A stretch of 64,000 nt of DNA from Candidatus Bathyarchaeota archaeon (GTDB lineage Archaea; Thermoproteota; Bathyarchaeia; 40CM-2-53-6): contig CAVTBR010000001.1 of assembly GCA_963733055.1 (NCBI GenBank), positions 928,001 to 992,000 on the forward strand, given 5' to 3'. Shown here one piece after another: positions 61,795 to 64,000 of this stretch. How positions within the stretch are numbered: position 1 is the first letter of the stretch; every line of letters begins with the position of its first letter. Under the pieces are notes generated by a model, which was given only the letters and a program-made list of their open reading frames with translations, made no database searches and had not been told where the DNA came from. The translations under genes were made by a program, and so were the position numbers.

Positions 61795-61948
61795 AAAAAC
61801 GGTTCAAGGCAACTTCCATAGTGTAACCTTTTCCACCTCTAACCCCTGGGGGGCATAGTTTTCTATGGCACATGCCCGGGGCATCATTTGGGGAGCTGAA
61901 ACCTGATGAATGCTATGCTTAAAGGAGAATTCTACAAGCCGGTTCCCT

Positions 61949-62350
61949 ATGAATTCTGAAAGTCCGGTTGAAGGCGTTGTCACTAAGCCTAGTAGGTACA
62001 CTGTCGAGGAAACATTGGATCGTTTGGAGAATGTAATTCATTCGAAGGGCCTCACCCTCTTCGCAACTATCGATCACAGCGGCGAAGCAGAAAAGGCCGG
62101 TCTGACGATGCAGGATGCAAAGTTGTTAATTTTCGGAAGCCCCAAAGCGGGAACCCCACTAATGATTCACTCGCTCCTACTCGCCCTTGACCTACCACTC
62201 AAAGCATTAGTTTGGAAGGATAACGAAGGACGAGTATTCGTAAGCTACAACAGCACCAAATATCTCGCCAAACGGCACAACCTACCCGCTGATCTCACGA
62301 AAAATATCGAGGGGATCGACGCACTAGTCGAGAACGCTTTATCCGCATAG
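61949..62350 (+). CDS. DUF302 family protein
   Basis: FATIDHS, LIFGSPKAGTPLM, LDLPLKALVW. Confidence 0.88.
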   Translation: MNSESPVEGVVTKPSRYTVEETLDRLENVIHSKGLTLFATIDHSGEAEKAGLTMQDAKLLIFGSPKAGTPLMIHSLLLALDLPLKALVWKDNEGRVFVSYNSTKYLAKRHNLPADLTKNIEGIDALVENALSA

Positions 62351-62401
62351 AAGCCGTACAAAGATCGTTTGCTTCTTGGATAGCGCGAGAATGGATTGGT
62401 T

Positions 62402-62800
62402 TCATTGCGCTTTTCGGAATTTTAGGGAAACCGAATTTATACAGTAACGAAGCCCGGTGGGTTTTGGTCCGTCGTTGAAGACATGGCCCAGGTGGGCTTC
62501 GCATCGGCTGCAAAGGACTTCAGTGCGTCGCATGAAGAGGCTCCTATCGGTCTCTGTCTTTACGTTGTTCGTGTTGATAGGGGTCCAGAAGCTGGGCCAT
62601 CCGGTTTGAGATTCGAACTTGGTTTCTGAATTGAATAGGTCGTTGCCGCAGCAAACACATTGGTAGACCCCCGCCTCATGATTGTTCCAGTATGCGCCCG
62701 TGAACGGTCTCTCGGTTCCCTTCTTTCGGGCGACGTGAAACTGTTCGGGAGTTAGTGACCGCCTCCATTCCTCCTCCGTCTTGACAACCTTATCCGTCAT
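62402..62800 (-). CDS. msrB: Peptide-methionine (R)-S-oxide reductase
   Basis: GTERPF, CVCCG, GWPSF, HLGHVF, RYCINS. Confidence 0.97.
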   Translation of the reverse strand: MTDKVVKTEEEWRRSLTPEQFHVARKKGTERPFTGAYWNNHEAGVYQCVCCGNDLFNSETKFESQTGWPSFWTPINTNNVKTETDRSLFMRRTEVLCSRCEAHLGHVFNDGPKPTGLRYCINSVSLKFRKAQ

Positions 62801-62874
62801 AACTTTTAACCAAGTAGATTGACCGGCATGATCAATATCTATCTTCACCCAATTCAGGCCCACGTGAGACATTA

Positions 62875-63540
62875 ATGTCGAGGCATGGATCCACGATGAA
62901 AGCGGAACCTGATCCCGCCGATTTCCCCAGTATCGGCAATCGTCACACGTTCCAATTAGGTGTTGATCATGTTTCTAAGGCGGACGCTAGAATTCGCGCC
63001 ATAGTCAAGAAGCGAGGGACGATTGATTTCGAAATAGATGGAGACCCTTTCGAATCCTTGGTCGAAGCTATAATCTCACAACAACTCAATGGGCCGGTCG
63101 CGAGGATAATCTTCGGACGTTTGAAAGCTATCGTTAACACCGAACCAATTAGCGCCGACATTTTGGGACAGGTATCTGTTCCAAAGATGCGGAAGGCGGG
63201 AGTTTCGCCTCAGAAAATACGTTACCTCAAAGATCTAACATCAAGAGTCCTGAAAGGTCGATTGAATCTTCACGACCTCAAACATATGCCCGACGATGAA
63301 ATAATCCGCCAGCTGGACGAAGTTAAGGGAATCGGGCCATGGACAGCACACATGTACCTCCTCTTTACCCTCGGGCGAACAGACGTGCTCCCCGTCGACG
63401 ACCTCGGAATACAAAAGTCAATTCAACGGGTCTACTCGTTACGCAAACGGCCAAATGCGGAAAGGATAAGCCAGATCGCCGAGAGCTGGCACCCCTACTG
63501 CTCAATCGCGTCGCTCTATCTCTGGCATGCAAAGGGTTAG
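62875..63540 (+). CDS. alkA: DNA-3-methyladenine glycosylase II (AlkA/HhH-GPD)
   Basis: [27 protein letters not shown]. Confidence 0.88.
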   Translation: MSRHGSTMKAEPDPADFPSIGNRHTFQLGVDHVSKADARIRAIVKKRGTIDFEIDGDPFESLVEAIISQQLNGPVARIIFGRLKAIVNTEPISADILGQVSVPKMRKAGVSPQKIRYLKDLTSRVLKGRLNLHDLKHMPDDEIIRQLDEVKGIGPWTAHMYLLFTLGRTDVLPVDDLGIQKSIQRVYSLRKRPNAERISQIAESWHPYCSIASLYLWHAKG

Positions 63541-63541
63541 G

Positions 63542-64000
63542 CTATCCGAAAAACCCCAGTACTCCCACTCCTAAGGCGATCGCAGCGAAGCCTAAGATTT
63601 GATGCCGTAGAAGCCTCTCCTTGAGAAAGATCCAAGCTAGAAACACCGTTACTGCGCTGAACATTCCCCCCACAGTCGACACAATGGATACGGTTCCGAC
63701 GGTTATGCCAAAAACGTAAATGACGTTTGCAAAGGTGTCAAACAAGGCTACGGAGACAATGAACCAAAATGCTCCGCGAATAGGGTTTCTGGATTTCTGC
63801 TTCCAGGCCAGAAAGGTGACTGTTAGGACTGGGATGCTTACCCATCGCATGATCAACACCGGAAGAAAAACGCCCAACACACTTGATACCGGTTTTAGCG
63901 CGAAGAAAAGCAAGCCTCCCAACAACATATAGATAATCGCATAAACTGTTCCCCGGTTTACTTTCTCAGAAACCCCCTCCAGCGCAGTCTGCACCGAGAC
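63542..64000 (-). CDS. EamA/DMT transporter (3' part; runs off the window)
   Basis: TM helices, FLKERL..QILG. Confidence 0.8.
   Translation of the reverse strand, partial: VSVQTALEGVSEKVNRGTVYAIIYMLLGGLLFFALKPVSSVLGVFLPVLIMRWVSIPVLTVTFLAWKQKSRNPIRGAFWFIVSVALFDTFANVIYVFGITVGTVSIVSTVGGMFSAVTVFLAWIFLKERLLRHQILGFAAIALGVGVLGFFG

Noticed and set aside
61795-64000. Integrated element at the tRNA 3' end
   Set aside because: No integrase and no repeat of the tRNA end seen within the window

Overview
Archaeal chromosomal segment, most consistent with TACK/Bathyarchaeia (inference from a eukaryote-like topoisomerase IB, BHB-type tRNA introns, PEF-CTERM and CFI-box-CTERM surface proteins and a Zn-type ferredoxin). 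About 1-52.6 kb is a large cell-envelope locus. It holds a VapBC pair at the left edge, a flippase, a 1443-aa PEF-CTERM S-layer-like protein, DUF1616/DUF2206-type membrane proteins and about 9 glycosyltransferases. It also holds nucleotide-sugar enzymes (WecB, WecC, DegT, Gfo/Idh/MocA, SDRs, acetyltransferase), a beta-helix protein, several membrane-anchored surface proteins and eroded gene remnants. Scattered through the locus is a set of small uncharacterised genes: three paralogous 2-TM proteins, two copies of a C4 zinc finger (one fused to a TM/V4R-like protein), a wHTH regulator with an operator-like array and a degenerate oxidoreductase. These are the best candidate for an undescribed envelope-regulatory system. 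52.7-64 kb is housekeeping/stress genes (TopIB, BtuF-like, MFS, ferredoxin, MsrB, AlkA) plus a tRNA-Leu(CAG) interrupted by three BHB introns. Eight genes-internal frameshifts were seen; five fall at CCGCG, suggesting systematic read errors at a methylated CGCG motif. No CRISPR array, rRNA, integrase or transposase was seen. All family calls are from motif recognition, not database searches.
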